37,881 nt of DNA from a virus (IMGVR_UViG_2713896896_000009:1-37881), one strand, 5' to 3'. Positions 1 to 8,882 are shown, counted from the first letter of the stretch. A program made the numbers and translations. Notes: generated by a model from the sequence alone, not told the origin.

Positions 1-1005
1 TTAATCCCCCGTGGACACAGCGTGGACACTTACGCCACCTTTCAGTGGATTAAGAGCCACCGCATCCTGCAGGTAATCCGGTGCAAAATGTGCATATGCC
101 ATTGTTTGCTGAATGGTTGCGTGACCAAGAATCTTCTGAAGCGCAATAATGTTTCCCCCATTCATCACAAAATGGCTGGCGAACGTATGCCGTAGCACAT
201 GTGCAGCCTGGCCTTTTGGCAAATCGGGTTTAACTCTTTTCAGCATCAGGCAGAATTCCCGGTACTTCACCTCAAACAAGTTGCCCGTTTCTTTGGTTTT
301 GATCGCCTCACAAACCGCCTGCGAAATTGGCACCGTCCTCTTCCGGCCATTTTTGGTTTCGAGAAACGTCACACGGTTATGAACTACCTGTTCTCCGCGA
401 AGCTTACTGGCTTCACCCCAACGCGCCCCGGTACTTAAACACAAAAGCGCAACACGCCAGTAGTCGCCCTCCAGTGTATCGAGCAATAGCGCTACTTCCT
501 TCTGGGACAGGAAAGCCATTTCTCGCGGGGATACATAAAGAATGGAGATCCCCCTTACCGGATGTTCTGCATCCCAAAGGCCTATTCTTTTCAGAACGGT
601 AAACATGCCGGATAGTCGGTTCATGTACCTGTTAGCAGATGACGGTTTCAATCCAGCAGCTATCTTTTGAGAACGCCACGCGATAATTTTCAGCTTATCA
701 AGATCCACAGCCTGCATATCAGCGCCAAGTTCATTGATTATGTTGCGCAGTTGTTTTCGGTCTTCTTCCGCCTTACGCCTGTGTTGACCGTGATACATCC
801 ACCACAACTCAAGCAAATCATTCAGTGTCCGGCGATCACGGTAGCCCTGTATGTATTCCCGCTTTTCAGCGTTCGCCATGATGTAGCGTTCAGTGGCCAC
901 CGCTACTGATTTTTTGTCAAATACCTTACGCACGCGCTTTCCCTTGCGTCCGTTCGGCCTGATGTCCAGCAAATAACGACCATCTTCGAGCTTCTTAATC
1001 GACAT
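1..1005 (-). CDS. int: Tyrosine integrase, P2 Int family
   Basis: The translation aligns along its length with P2 Int as I recall it (MSIKKLEDGRY... near the N-terminus, HxLRHTFA and AYAHFAPDYLQDA near the C-terminus). Start moved to the ATG at 1005, which has a GGAGGG Shine-Dalgarno 7 nt upstream; the track's 1020 start is a non-ATG codon. Confidence 0.93.
   Translation of the reverse strand: MSIKKLEDGRYLLDIRPNGRKGKRVRKVFDKKSVAVATERYIMANAEKREYIQGYRDRRTLNDLLELWWMYHGQHRRKAEEDRKQLRNIINELGADMQAVDLDKLKIIAWRSQKIAAGLKPSSANRYMNRLSGMFTVLKRIGLWDAEHPVRGISILYVSPREMAFLSQKEVALLLDTLEGDYWRVALLCLSTGARWGEASKLRGEQVVHNRVTFLETKNGRKRTVPISQAVCEAIKTKETGNLFEVKYREFCLMLKRVKPDLPKGQAAHVLRHTFASHFVMNGGNIIALQKILGHATIQQTMAYAHFAPDYLQDAVALNPLKGGVSVHAVSTGD
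11..29. repeat. Candidate attL core (gtggacacagcgtggacac) inside the int 3' end
   Basis: Matches 36703-36721 (gtggtcactgcgtggacac) at 17 of 19 positions, same orientation, at the two ends of the prophage gene set. Confidence 0.35.
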
Positions 1006-1101
1006 AGCGAAGCCCTCCAATGAACCGCTCTACAATCTCTCCAGCCTCTTCCCAGCAATAGTCAGACCAGACAAAGAACAGGTCTAACCAGTTTTCTGGC
1101 C

Positions 1102-1425
1102 TCAGCGGGGTAATTTTTGGATTGTTTCGGTTGAAACCTGATCTCCCTCCAAATCGCAGGAGCCATCATGAGAGAGAGCCGGGGCAATTTGTCCCGCAGC
1201 TTCTCCTGTTTGTCCGGTCATTAGCCATAAGGTGTATTTATGAAACTCTGGAATTCGGATCACCCTCTCAACAAGCTCAGCTCTTGCGGGCTGATGCCCT
1301 GTTTCGTATTTCTGGATGGTATTTAATGGAATCCCTGTGACATCAGAGAACTGACGCCTACTCAATCCCTCGGCCTCCCTCATTTTCAGAAGCTTTTTCG
1401 AATAGTCTATTGACACGTTTCTCAT
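1102..1425 (-). CDS. C: Immunity repressor, P2 C family
   Basis: 107 aa with an HTH region (LSRRQFSDVTGIPLNTIQKYETG) and the FxKYTLWxMT...GQIAPAL segment recalled from P2 C. Divergent from cox as in P2. Confidence 0.88.
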   Translation of the reverse strand: MRNVSIDYSKKLLKMREAEGLSRRQFSDVTGIPLNTIQKYETGHQPARAELVERVIRIPEFHKYTLWLMTGQTGEAAGQIAPALSHDGSCDLEGDQVSTETIQKLPR

Positions 1426-1537
1426 ATGAGAAATATACTCCTTTCTAAGTTGAGAAATGTTAAGGCATGTCGAATGCCCAAAATAAGCCTATATAAGCCA
1501 TTTTGAGCCATTCGAACGAATTAGAGAGATTACCACA
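1426..1537. promoter_or_regulatory. C/cox divergent switch region (Pc/Pe-type promoters and operator expected)
   Basis: 112-bp intergenic region between divergent repressor and cox. Direct repeat tgagaaat at 1427-1434 and 1451-1458. By analogy with the P2 immunity region; individual promoter elements not confidently assigned. Confidence 0.4.
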
Positions 1538-1825
1538 ATGAGCGAATCAGAGCTTGAGGGGTTCATTCAGGTAGCACCATACCCACTTGAAGCGGTGCCA
1601 TATCAACTATTCGCCAAGATGATTGGCCGCAAAGAATCAACCGTCAGAACCATGATTGACGCCGCAAAGCTACCAACAATTGATTTTGTAAAACCGGGTT
1701 CAGCAAAGACGCGAGCATCAGAAAACTGGGTATATCTGCCAGCATTTAACGCAGGTATGCGCAAAGCGTTTTTTGATCAGCCGAAAGAACGCCGCGATGC
1801 ATGGTTGTTGTGGCTGGGGCTTTAA
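1538..1825 (+). CDS. cox: Cox-like excisionase / transcriptional regulator
   Basis: 95 aa; the motifs PYQLFAKMIG, VRTMID, WVYLPAFN and WLLWLGL parallel P2 Cox as I recall it. Confidence 0.88.
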   Translation: MSESELEGFIQVAPYPLEAVPYQLFAKMIGRKESTVRTMIDAAKLPTIDFVKPGSAKTRASENWVYLPAFNAGMRKAFFDQPKERRDAWLLWLGL

Positions 1826-1831
1826 TCATAA

Positions 1832-2050
1832 ATGACCAGCAATATCACCAGCGCCATTTTGGCCATTATGTTTATTGAGATAGGCGTAATAGCGATTTAT
1901 CTATTTCGCAAGTTAACGGGACATGAAGAACGCTTTGTTGATCTCAACATCGAGTACATCGCCGCTTATACCAAAGGGCTTTTTCCTTCCGTCATTGGCG
2001 CGGTGATCATAGCGTTTATTGTTCATTTCATCGGGCAAAAAGCTCAGTAA
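1832..2050 (+). CDS. Small hydrophobic early protein (two predicted TM segments)
   Basis: 72-aa ORF directly after cox; two hydrophobic stretches (ILAIMFIEIGVIAIYLF and VIGAVIIAFIVHFIG). Confidence 0.5.
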   Translation: MTSNITSAILAIMFIEIGVIAIYLFRKLTGHEERFVDLNIEYIAAYTKGLFPSVIGAVIIAFIVHFIGQKAQ

Positions 2051-2079
2051 TTCATAATGTTGTAGTAAGGAGAGCAGTT

Positions 2080-2187
2080 ATGTGCGGACTGGATAAGGTG
2101 GACCTTTTCTTAATCATAACACTGTCAGTTAACTTCGGGATGTTATTGGCTTCTATGATTTTCATGCGGGGATATAAACAAAAATGA
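2080..2187 (+). CDS. Possible small membrane peptide (35 aa)
   Basis: ATG preceded by AAGGAG; hydrophobic translation MCGLDKVDLFLIITLSVNFGMLLASMIFMRGYKQK; stop overlaps the next start (ATGA). Below the ORF-track size cutoff. Confidence 0.3.
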   Translation: MCGLDKVDLFLIITLSVNFGMLLASMIFMRGYKQK

Positions 2188-2537
2188 ATAAGCAACAGCG
2201 CAATTCTTCACAGCAACACTTCCGCAACAGGGCGGAACGCCATGCTAACCGTTTCGCTACCAGTGCATCGCGTAGCAACTCTCGCTACAGCCTGAGCGAA
2301 ACACACGCCACACCTGATGGCCATCCCGTAAAACAAATTGGTGAACACACCTGGCTGATTGAGAAAGCTGGAATCGTGGTTCACAGATGCCAACGCAACC
2401 CATTTACCGGAAACCGCATTTTTGCTCTGAGCAACGGCGACAATCAGTTTGGACAGGATTTCACGTTGTACGAAGCTCTGCGCACGGTTGATCGTCTGCT
2501 ACGCGGACAGAATTTCATTAAACAGGCTGATTTATAA
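2184..2537 (+). CDS. Hypothetical early protein
   Basis: 117-aa ORF in the early operon; no family recognised with confidence. Confidence 0.5.
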   Translation: MNKQQRNSSQQHFRNRAERHANRFATSASRSNSRYSLSETHATPDGHPVKQIGEHTWLIEKAGIVVHRCQRNPFTGNRIFALSNGDNQFGQDFTLYEALRTVDRLLRGQNFIKQADL

Positions 2538-2547
2538 CAGGTGCTTT

Positions 2548-2826
2548 ATGACCAAAGACCATGCTCAGGGTGTATTTATCCGCTTTATTGATTTTCGCGG
2601 TGAGCTGTTGTTGCGCACATCAGCTATTGATGGAGTGGTTCCGGTAGATAAAAGCACAGCCACTTACATTTATCTGAACGGCACACGCCTGACCGTAGAG
2701 ATTCCATATCAACACGTATGCGAAATTATTAGCGAAGCTGAAAAAGCACGTCAGGTTAATGGCAATAAACCCTATCTCGAAATTATCTGCATGGATTCAG
2801 AAGCTGAAATTCAAAAGGCAGATTAA
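2548..2826 (+). CDS. Hypothetical early protein
   Basis: In-frame ATG at 2548 chosen within track ORF 2449-2826; 92 aa. Confidence 0.45.
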   Translation: MTKDHAQGVFIRFIDFRGELLLRTSAIDGVVPVDKSTATYIYLNGTRLTVEIPYQHVCEIISEAEKARQVNGNKPYLEIICMDSEAEIQKAD

Positions 2827-2837
2827 AGGGCGTTGCG

Positions 2838-3080
2838 ATGGATAAAGAATATAAAACTCTCGTCAATAAAGCACTTGAGCGCTTTCATTTTCGCTTAAAC
2901 GCATCAGGCACTCATGCTGAGCTCGCAGCCCGAGAGTCATTGACCAGGGCCATCAAGAGTATATACGACACAGCTTTTTACATTGACGACCCGGACGCGC
3001 TCGACGAGCTTTCCATACTCGTCTGCGCAGCAGAAAACGGGGACCATATTGAGCCATATAAACTGGGGAATATTGCATGA
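2838..3080 (+). CDS. Hypothetical early protein
   Basis: 80-aa ORF; stop overlaps the next small ORF's start. Confidence 0.45.
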   Translation: MDKEYKTLVNKALERFHFRLNASGTHAELAARESLTRAIKSIYDTAFYIDDPDALDELSILVCAAENGDHIEPYKLGNIA

Positions 3081-3190
3081 GTATATTTATCTCATGGCTT
3101 GTTCTGATTATTTCGGTGGCCTGCGCTATTGGGATTATGCGAATTATTAATTCAGTAAAAAAGATTGAACGCTTTTTCACTGAAGAATAA
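3077..3190 (+). CDS. Possible small membrane peptide (37 aa)
   Basis: ATGA overlap with the upstream ORF; hydrophobic core SWLVLIISVACAIGIM. Confidence 0.3.
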   Translation: MSIFISWLVLIISVACAIGIMRIINSVKKIERFFTEE

Positions 3191-3276
3191 CTGCGCAAAT
3201 AAGACTCCAGGTTAAATAAGAAAATGTGAAAACAATCCGCATTCGCGGAGGTATTCGCACACACCAAGGAGGCGTA

Positions 3277-3480
3277 ATGGCAATTAAGCATTTTCCTGTC
3301 GTTCGTTTCACCTCCAGAGGACGTGAATACGAAGTTGACGAACGCCTGATTACCACAATCGACAAACACCGTTCAGAAAAGGATGCACATCACATCTATC
3401 TCACTGACGGCACTTACTTCTGCGCCACCAACGTGGTGCAGGTGAATCTTATCAGACAGGTACAGGAGTCACGCAGATGA
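3277..3480 (+). CDS. Hypothetical early protein
   Basis: ATG at 3277 preceded by AAGGAGG; 67 aa. Confidence 0.5.
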   Translation: MAIKHFPVVRFTSRGREYEVDERLITTIDKHRSEKDAHHIYLTDGTYFCATNVVQVNLIRQVQESRR

Positions 3481-3722
3481 CCATTCTGGACTACATCGCT
3501 GCCAATCCGGGTTGTAGCGGTGGAGAAATCGCCGCAGCACTGAATACACCAACCACAACCATTAATGCGGAGCTACGCCGTCTCTGGCGCAGCGGTTCAG
3601 TCATAAGAAAAGAGCGCAAAACAGGCGGTCGCTTTTCTTATCAGGTAAACCCGATGCCGTTTGGGTGTAGCAACCCACTAACCCAGATGTTCAACCAGCT
3701 ACTGAGGGAAATCAGAGCATGA
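3477..3722 (+). CDS. Hypothetical early protein, possible winged-helix DNA-binding fold
   Basis: 81 aa; GEIAAALNTPTTTINAELRRLWRSGSV resembles an HTH. Weak inference. Confidence 0.45.
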   Translation: MTILDYIAANPGCSGGEIAAALNTPTTTINAELRRLWRSGSVIRKERKTGGRFSYQVNPMPFGCSNPLTQMFNQLLREIRA

Positions 3723-3863
3723 GCACCTCCTGCTGCCGGAAACCACGTCGGGCTTCAGCAGCTCATCCGGCAGCAAAACAAACTCCGTTAATTCCTGTTC
3801 CGGGCCTTTCCTGCACCTTGCGGCGGGAGGCCTTCGCACATCTGCAACAAGAGGATTGCCGCA

Positions 3864-4229
3864 ATGATTCTCGCCGAAGACTTTTTTGATTACCTGCTGA
3901 AAACCGAGCGCGATTTTGGTATTCGCGTTCTTGACCGCTATGCAATGTATCTGAAATCACTGCCGGAACAGCAGCTCCCGGACGGCCAGATTGTTATTGA
4001 CGGGCGCTACATGGTTGGTAGCTGCCAGGATGATTACACACTTTCCCGCATCGAAAGCGGCACGCCTTCCGTACTGGGTATTTACCAGCGAACTTCATCT
4101 CTGATTGCTGATGTAATTGCTGACAGCATTCGCATAACACACCGTTATGCCAGCACAGAGAGCACCATGCAGGAAATCCAGCGGCTGGCTACCGTCTGCC
4201 ACAATGCACTGAGCGGCAGGGCGGAGTAG
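3864..4229 (+). CDS. Hypothetical early protein
   Basis: 121-aa ORF immediately upstream of the replication gene. Confidence 0.45.
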   Translation: MILAEDFFDYLLKTERDFGIRVLDRYAMYLKSLPEQQLPDGQIVIDGRYMVGSCQDDYTLSRIESGTPSVLGIYQRTSSLIADVIADSIRITHRYASTESTMQEIQRLATVCHNALSGRAE

Positions 4230-4234
4230 TCAGC

Positions 4235-7030
4235 GTGGCAACGGAGTACATCAGAAACTGGCAACAACCACGCCATGCAGTCGGTCGCGAGGGAACGGGG
4301 GAGCCTGTCCGCCCCTCCCTTCTTTCTTCCTGGCTGGATGCCTACCGGGCAGAGAACGAGCGCCGCCAGGAAATGGCTGATGCGGCGTTCTCCGCCGCGC
4401 CGCTGGGCAACCTGATTAATAAAAGCCTGGACGCACAGGAAAAACAGGACAAGGCCATCACACTGGCAAGAGAAGCCAGAAAACAGGCACGTGGCGCGGT
4501 GGATGAAGCAATTGCCGCACTGCGTCTGCTGCCGTCCTATCTGCGCGATCCGCTTATCCGCCATCTCTCTTTCCTGCGCAAAAAACAGGAATCTGACCGC
4601 CAGAAAGGCAAAAAGAACCAGCAGGCGGAACGCTATGCGCGCGGAACCCTGCGCAAAATATTCGACCGTCTGGCCCGCACCGACCGTCGCTGGCTGACTC
4701 CGGGTTATCGCTCCCTTGCCGGACGTGAACGTCTGGACGATTTGCTTTACCTGCCACAGCTCAACAAGCACCAGATACAGACGCTGGCCGTCATGACAGC
4801 GGCGATGTTCAGCAGCACCTTCGAAAAGCTCTGCGATGACTTTGGCGCGACCGACGGCGAGCTGACCATGGATATAACGCTGAAGGCGTATCAGATGCTG
4901 GCCCGCATGGCGTTACATCTGCACACAGTGCCGCCGCATTATGACGCACTGACAACAGACAAAGACCGGAAGAACGAACCGGACACGGAACTGCTGCCGG
5001 GTGCAATCCTTCGCCTGACCTGTGCGGACTGGTGGAAACGCAAACTGTGGCTTTTACGTTGCGAATGGAGAGAGGAACAACTCCGCGCTGCCTGTCTGGT
5101 TTCCAGAAAAACATCACCCTATCTGAGCCAGGACGCATTAAGTGAATTTCGCGCACAGCGCGAGAAAACACGCGATTTCCTGAAGAGCTTCATGCTGGAA
5201 AATGAAGACGGCTTCACGATTGATCTCGAGACGGTGTATTACGCAGGTGTCAGTAACCCGGTCCACCGTAAAGCAGAAATGATGGCCACCATGAAAGGGC
5301 TGGAACTTCTGGCCGAAGCCCGTGGCGACAGAGCGGTGTTTCTGACTGTCACCTGCCCGTCAAAATATCACGCAACAACGGAGAACGGTCATCCAAATCC
5401 CAAATGGAACGGGGCCACCATGCGCGACTCCAGCGATTACCTGGTTAACACGTTTTTTGCGGCGGTCCGCAAAAAACTGAACCGCGACGGTCTGCGCTGG
5501 TATGGCATCCGCACGGTGGAGCCTCACCATGACGGTACCGTGCACTGGCATATGATGGTCTTTGCACACCAGGACGAGATTGAAACCATCGTGTCCCACG
5601 TCTGCGATATTGCCATTCAGGAAGACCGCCACGAGCTGGGCGATGACATAACTCCGCGTTTTAAGGCGGAGTACGTAGACGGCTCAAAAGGCACGCCAAC
5701 CAGCTACATCGCCACCTACATCGGAAAGAACCTGGACAGCCGCGCCGTGGATGGCATCGACCCGAAAACGGGCAAGCCACGCGTTGACCACGAAACCGGA
5801 AAATCAATGGCCGAGAGCGTGGAACGCGCCATCGGCTGGGCGCGTCTTCACCGCGTCCGCCAGTTCCAGTTCTTTGGTATCCCCTCCCGTCAGGTATGGC
5901 GTGAACTGCGCCGCCTTGCCAGTCAGATGGCCCGCAACCCGGAAGGTCCACAACATCTGGAAAATGACGCAATGGATGCGGTACTCGCTGCCGCTGATGC
6001 CGGGTGTTTTGCCACCTACATTGAGAAACAGGGTGGCGTACTTGTTCCACGCAAAGACTACCTGATTCGCACCGCCTACGACCTCGCAGAAGAGCTGAAC
6101 GATTACGGCGAGCAAAGCGTACAGATTTACGGGATCTGGTCGCCACAAATCGGGGAATCTTCCCGCGTGTGCACGCACCCGGATAACTGGAAGCTGGTAA
6201 GACGTAAACCGGAAGTGGAAGACAGCGCCCGCGAAAATGGTTTTGACCTTCAGGGCGGCCCTGCCGCCCCTTGGACTCGTGGCAATAACTGTCCCCGTGT
6301 ACAGGAAACAGGCAACAGCGGGACAGAACAGTCGGAAGAGCAACCAACACCATGGCCGCAGATCCCTGACGGCGTTGATGTGGATGAATGGATGCGCTCA
6401 CTGAAACGGCACGAACGCCGGGCGCTGATGCGTTCGCTGCGTGACAAACAGGCAAAAAACAACAGTGATGAAATGCAGAACTGGACACAGAGCCGCAAAC
6501 AGCCGCGGCCTTTGCCTGATAACCACGAGTTACTCGCTAAAGAATGGCGGGAGTCTGCCGAATCTCTCGGCCTGCATATCGGTGAACAACAGATGCTGCA
6601 CCTGTTACGGGGCGGCAGTCTGTACGTTGACGGCAGCATCATTGCGCCGCAGGGATATGAAATTGTACGTAAACCGGATACCCGACCGGACAGCCGAATC
6701 ACGCAACTCTGGCAGCGCCTGAGTCGTAATCACAGCGTAAACAGCACGGAAATCCGCCATAACCCGGTTTCCAGCTATCTGAAACAGCTCGGGGCATCAG
6801 ACCCAGAAGCCGCCGCACGCCTGGCATCCACAATTCAGCGGGACCAGAACACCATGAAAACACCCGTTACCGTGCTTTCTGACATGCTGCGCACCATCCG
6901 TGACGCAGAGCACGCACAGAGAATCAGTGAAACCACTGAACGCGCCCGCCGCAAAGCAGACCTGCTGCGGTGGCCTGACCAGCGGAAACAAAAAACAGAC
7001 AGAAACGGGATTCACAAATCCCGTAAATGA
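4235..7030 (+). CDS. A: Replication initiation endonuclease, P2 gpA family (rolling-circle HUH initiator)
   Basis: Large ORF at the P2 gene-A position with a GTG start after GGCGGAG; contains an HxH-type motif (GTVHWHMMVF) and catalytic-tyrosine-like region (SYIATYIGKN). 931 aa, longer than P2 A as I recall it. Confidence 0.88.
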   Translation: MATEYIRNWQQPRHAVGREGTGEPVRPSLLSSWLDAYRAENERRQEMADAAFSAAPLGNLINKSLDAQEKQDKAITLAREARKQARGAVDEAIAALRLLPSYLRDPLIRHLSFLRKKQESDRQKGKKNQQAERYARGTLRKIFDRLARTDRRWLTPGYRSLAGRERLDDLLYLPQLNKHQIQTLAVMTAAMFSSTFEKLCDDFGATDGELTMDITLKAYQMLARMALHLHTVPPHYDALTTDKDRKNEPDTELLPGAILRLTCADWWKRKLWLLRCEWREEQLRAACLVSRKTSPYLSQDALSEFRAQREKTRDFLKSFMLENEDGFTIDLETVYYAGVSNPVHRKAEMMATMKGLELLAEARGDRAVFLTVTCPSKYHATTENGHPNPKWNGATMRDSSDYLVNTFFAAVRKKLNRDGLRWYGIRTVEPHHDGTVHWHMMVFAHQDEIETIVSHVCDIAIQEDRHELGDDITPRFKAEYVDGSKGTPTSYIATYIGKNLDSRAVDGIDPKTGKPRVDHETGKSMAESVERAIGWARLHRVRQFQFFGIPSRQVWRELRRLASQMARNPEGPQHLENDAMDAVLAAADAGCFATYIEKQGGVLVPRKDYLIRTAYDLAEELNDYGEQSVQIYGIWSPQIGESSRVCTHPDNWKLVRRKPEVEDSARENGFDLQGGPAAPWTRGNNCPRVQETGNSGTEQSEEQPTPWPQIPDGVDVDEWMRSLKRHERRALMRSLRDKQAKNNSDEMQNWTQSRKQPRPLPDNHELLAKEWRESAESLGLHIGEQQMLHLLRGGSLYVDGSIIAPQGYEIVRKPDTRPDSRITQLWQRLSRNHSVNSTEIRHNPVSSYLKQLGASDPEAAARLASTIQRDQNTMKTPVTVLSDMLRTIRDAEHAQRISETTERARRKADLLRWPDQRKQKTDRNGIHKSRK

Positions 7031-7103
7031 GCAAAAAACGCGCCGCGATATATGAAACGCGCACAAAACAGGCAAAAGCGGGATTTCAGAATCCCGTAAA
7101 CGA
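7007..7103. repeat. Two 24-bp direct repeats, each an internal palindrome (candidate parC centromere / operator)
   Basis: gggattcacaaatcccgtaaatga at 7007-7030 and gggatttcagaatcccgtaaacga at 7080-7103; each holds an inverted repeat (acgggatt ... aatcccgt). They bracket the A stop codon and the parM upstream region. Confidence 0.4.
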
Positions 7104-7131
7104 TTAATTAATCAACATAAGGAAAATCGAC

Positions 7132-8091
7132 ATGAAAATTTGCATCGACGACGGCTCCACCAACATCAAGCTGGCATGGACTGAGAACGGCGAACGCCGC
7201 AACGCCATCAGCCCGAACAGCTTCAAGTCGGAATGGTCTGCGCCGTTCGGTGGCACGCAGCCCGCGAACTACATGCTTGATGGCGTGCGCTATGGTTTTG
7301 ATCCGGTCAGCGATCGCTTTGTCCAGACGACCGACACGCAATACCAGTACAGCGATGTGAATGTCATTGCCATTCATCACGCGCTGGTCAAATCAGGTAT
7401 CACACCACAGGAAGTGGACGTGGTTGTCACCCTGCCACTGAGCGAGTATTTCGATACAAACGCACAGCCGGACATGGCCAACATCAACCGCAAAAAAGCG
7501 AATGTCCTGCGCCCTGTGGAGTACCAGAACGGTGAAGCATTCACTATCCGCAACGTGCGGGTTATGCCTGAATCCATTCCGGCTGGCTTTAAAGCACTGG
7601 CTGACATGAGCCCGTTTGAATCCCTGCTGATTGTGGATTTGGGCGGAACCACGCTGGATGTGGCAAAGGTTCAGGGGCAACTGGCAGGTATCAGCCAGGT
7701 GTTTTGCGATCCACACGTAGGCGTTTCTCTGATGGCCGATGCCGTACTGTCGGTGATGGCCACTAACGGTATGCGTACCAGTCACCACATCGCCAATACC
7801 ATTATTGAGCACCGTCACGATGAAGCCTGGCTACGCCAGCACATTCACAATGACGCGCATTACAACAGCCTGATGGCGGTTATTCGTGAAAAGGAGGAGA
7901 CACTAAAACAACGCGTGATCCGCGCACTCGCGGGCTTTTCGGGTTACGGGCGGGTGCTGGTTGTCGGTGGAGGAGCGGAGATTGTGGCACCCGCAGTCCG
8001 TGAAATCTATGGAGTCAATGCGAATTTCATCACAGACGGGGTGCCACAGTTTGCTCTGGTTAACGGTCTGTACGCTATGGATAAGGAGTAA
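7132..8091 (+). CDS. parM: ParM/StbA-family actin-like segregation ATPase
   Basis: N-terminus MKICIDDGSTNIKLAW...ISPNSF...YSDVNVIAIHHAL parallels plasmid R1 ParM as I recall it; 319 aa. Confidence 0.85.
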   Translation: MKICIDDGSTNIKLAWTENGERRNAISPNSFKSEWSAPFGGTQPANYMLDGVRYGFDPVSDRFVQTTDTQYQYSDVNVIAIHHALVKSGITPQEVDVVVTLPLSEYFDTNAQPDMANINRKKANVLRPVEYQNGEAFTIRNVRVMPESIPAGFKALADMSPFESLLIVDLGGTTLDVAKVQGQLAGISQVFCDPHVGVSLMADAVLSVMATNGMRTSHHIANTIIEHRHDEAWLRQHIHNDAHYNSLMAVIREKEETLKQRVIRALAGFSGYGRVLVVGGGAEIVAPAVREIYGVNANFITDGVPQFALVNGLYAMDKE

Positions 8092-8097
8092 CCCTCC

Positions 8098-8409
8098 ATG
8101 GCGACATTAACCAGAAGAATAAGTTTCTATCTGAAGCCAGCCGCCGTCAAGAACGAAGGCAAAGCATGCGCCTGGCTGGACAGCCTTACACCAGAAGCCC
8201 GCAAAAGCGGCCAACGCGTGGCTTTTCTGGCCGGGCTGGCACTTCTGAAAATGAATCCGGCAGAGGCTTACCGACTGGCTGCATGGGCTGATGATGAGGC
8301 GTTATCAGTGACACAAACCAGGGCAGAACGCCACATGTTACAGCCAGCGCCCACCGCACAGATAACCAGTCAGATAGCTGGAAATATCCGGGCGTTATTT
8401 CCCGAATAA
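8098..8409 (+). CDS. parR: ParR-like centromere-binding adaptor
   Basis: 103 aa directly after parM; FYLKPA...WLDSLTPEAR...AFLAGLAL parallels the R1 ParR N-terminus (F.LNPD...LDSIP..ER...AALTAGLAL). Confidence 0.7.
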   Translation: MATLTRRISFYLKPAAVKNEGKACAWLDSLTPEARKSGQRVAFLAGLALLKMNPAEAYRLAAWADDEALSVTQTRAERHMLQPAPTAQITSQIAGNIRALFPE

Positions 8410-8472
8410 CACAACATCAGGGCGCATCCGCCCTGATGACTTTAATCCGGGAACATAAACAAGGGGGACACA

Positions 8473-8814
8473 ATGCAACACATTGACAGAGAAAAAGCGC
8501 AGCGACTGATTGAGCGGATGGAAGCGCTGGCGAAAGAAGAAAATGTCAACATCCAAAAAATAGCAGAATGTGGCCAGATAGTTCTTCGTCGTGAAAAAGA
8601 CATCAAGCAACTGATGTCTGGCGAAACCAGCAAAACACGGATTCCAGGCGAGAAAACGATTTATTGTAGCTTCTGCAATAAATCCCAGTACGAAGTCACA
8701 AAGGTGATTGCCGGACCGTCTGTTTACATCTGCAATGAGTGCGTGGATTTGTGCAATGAAATTATCAGGAGAGAAGCGACTGACCATGAAGAAGCGCGGA
8801 GATGCAACGATTAA
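8473..8814 (+). CDS. Stand-alone ClpX-type C4 zinc-finger domain protein
   Basis: The C-terminal half ([38 protein letters not shown]) closely matches the ClpX N-terminal zinc-binding domain; the AAA+ module is absent. The N-terminal ~60 aa is unrelated. Confidence 0.75.
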   Translation: MQHIDREKAQRLIERMEALAKEENVNIQKIAECGQIVLRREKDIKQLMSGETSKTRIPGEKTIYCSFCNKSQYEVTKVIAGPSVYICNECVDLCNEIIRREATDHEEARRCND

Positions 8815-8882
8815 GTCGGGTAATGATATTGAGCAGGCGACTCACTGGATGCCGATGCCAGAAGCGTTTCAGGAGGTTAACC

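Noticed and set aside
1006-1020. Longer integrase start at 1020 given by the ORF track
   Set aside because: The codon at 1018-1020 is not ATG and has no RBS, whereas the ATG at 1005 has a GGAGGG Shine-Dalgarno and matches the P2 Int N-terminus.
4145-4771. 208-aa minus-strand ORF spanning the gene A start region
   Set aside because: Antisense to both the upstream early ORF and gene A; no homology recognised; would break the compact early operon.
5661-6488. 275-aa minus-strand ORF (and neighbours 5804-6343, 6250-6702) inside gene A
   Set aside because: Entirely antisense to a well-supported 931-codon gene; arginine- and cysteine-rich translation typical of spurious frames in GC-rich coding DNA; no RBS context.
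7007-7103. Possibility that the two 24-bp repeats are a minimal CRISPR array
   Set aside because: Only two copies, 49-bp non-uniform spacing, no cas genes, and each repeat is an internal palindrome in a position typical of centromere or operator sites.
7132-8409. Interpretation of the whole element as a non-integrative phage-plasmid because of parMR
   Set aside because: An intact tyrosine integrase, candidate att core repeats and an adjacent chromosomal gene (flk) indicate an integrated prophage; parMR is treated as cargo.
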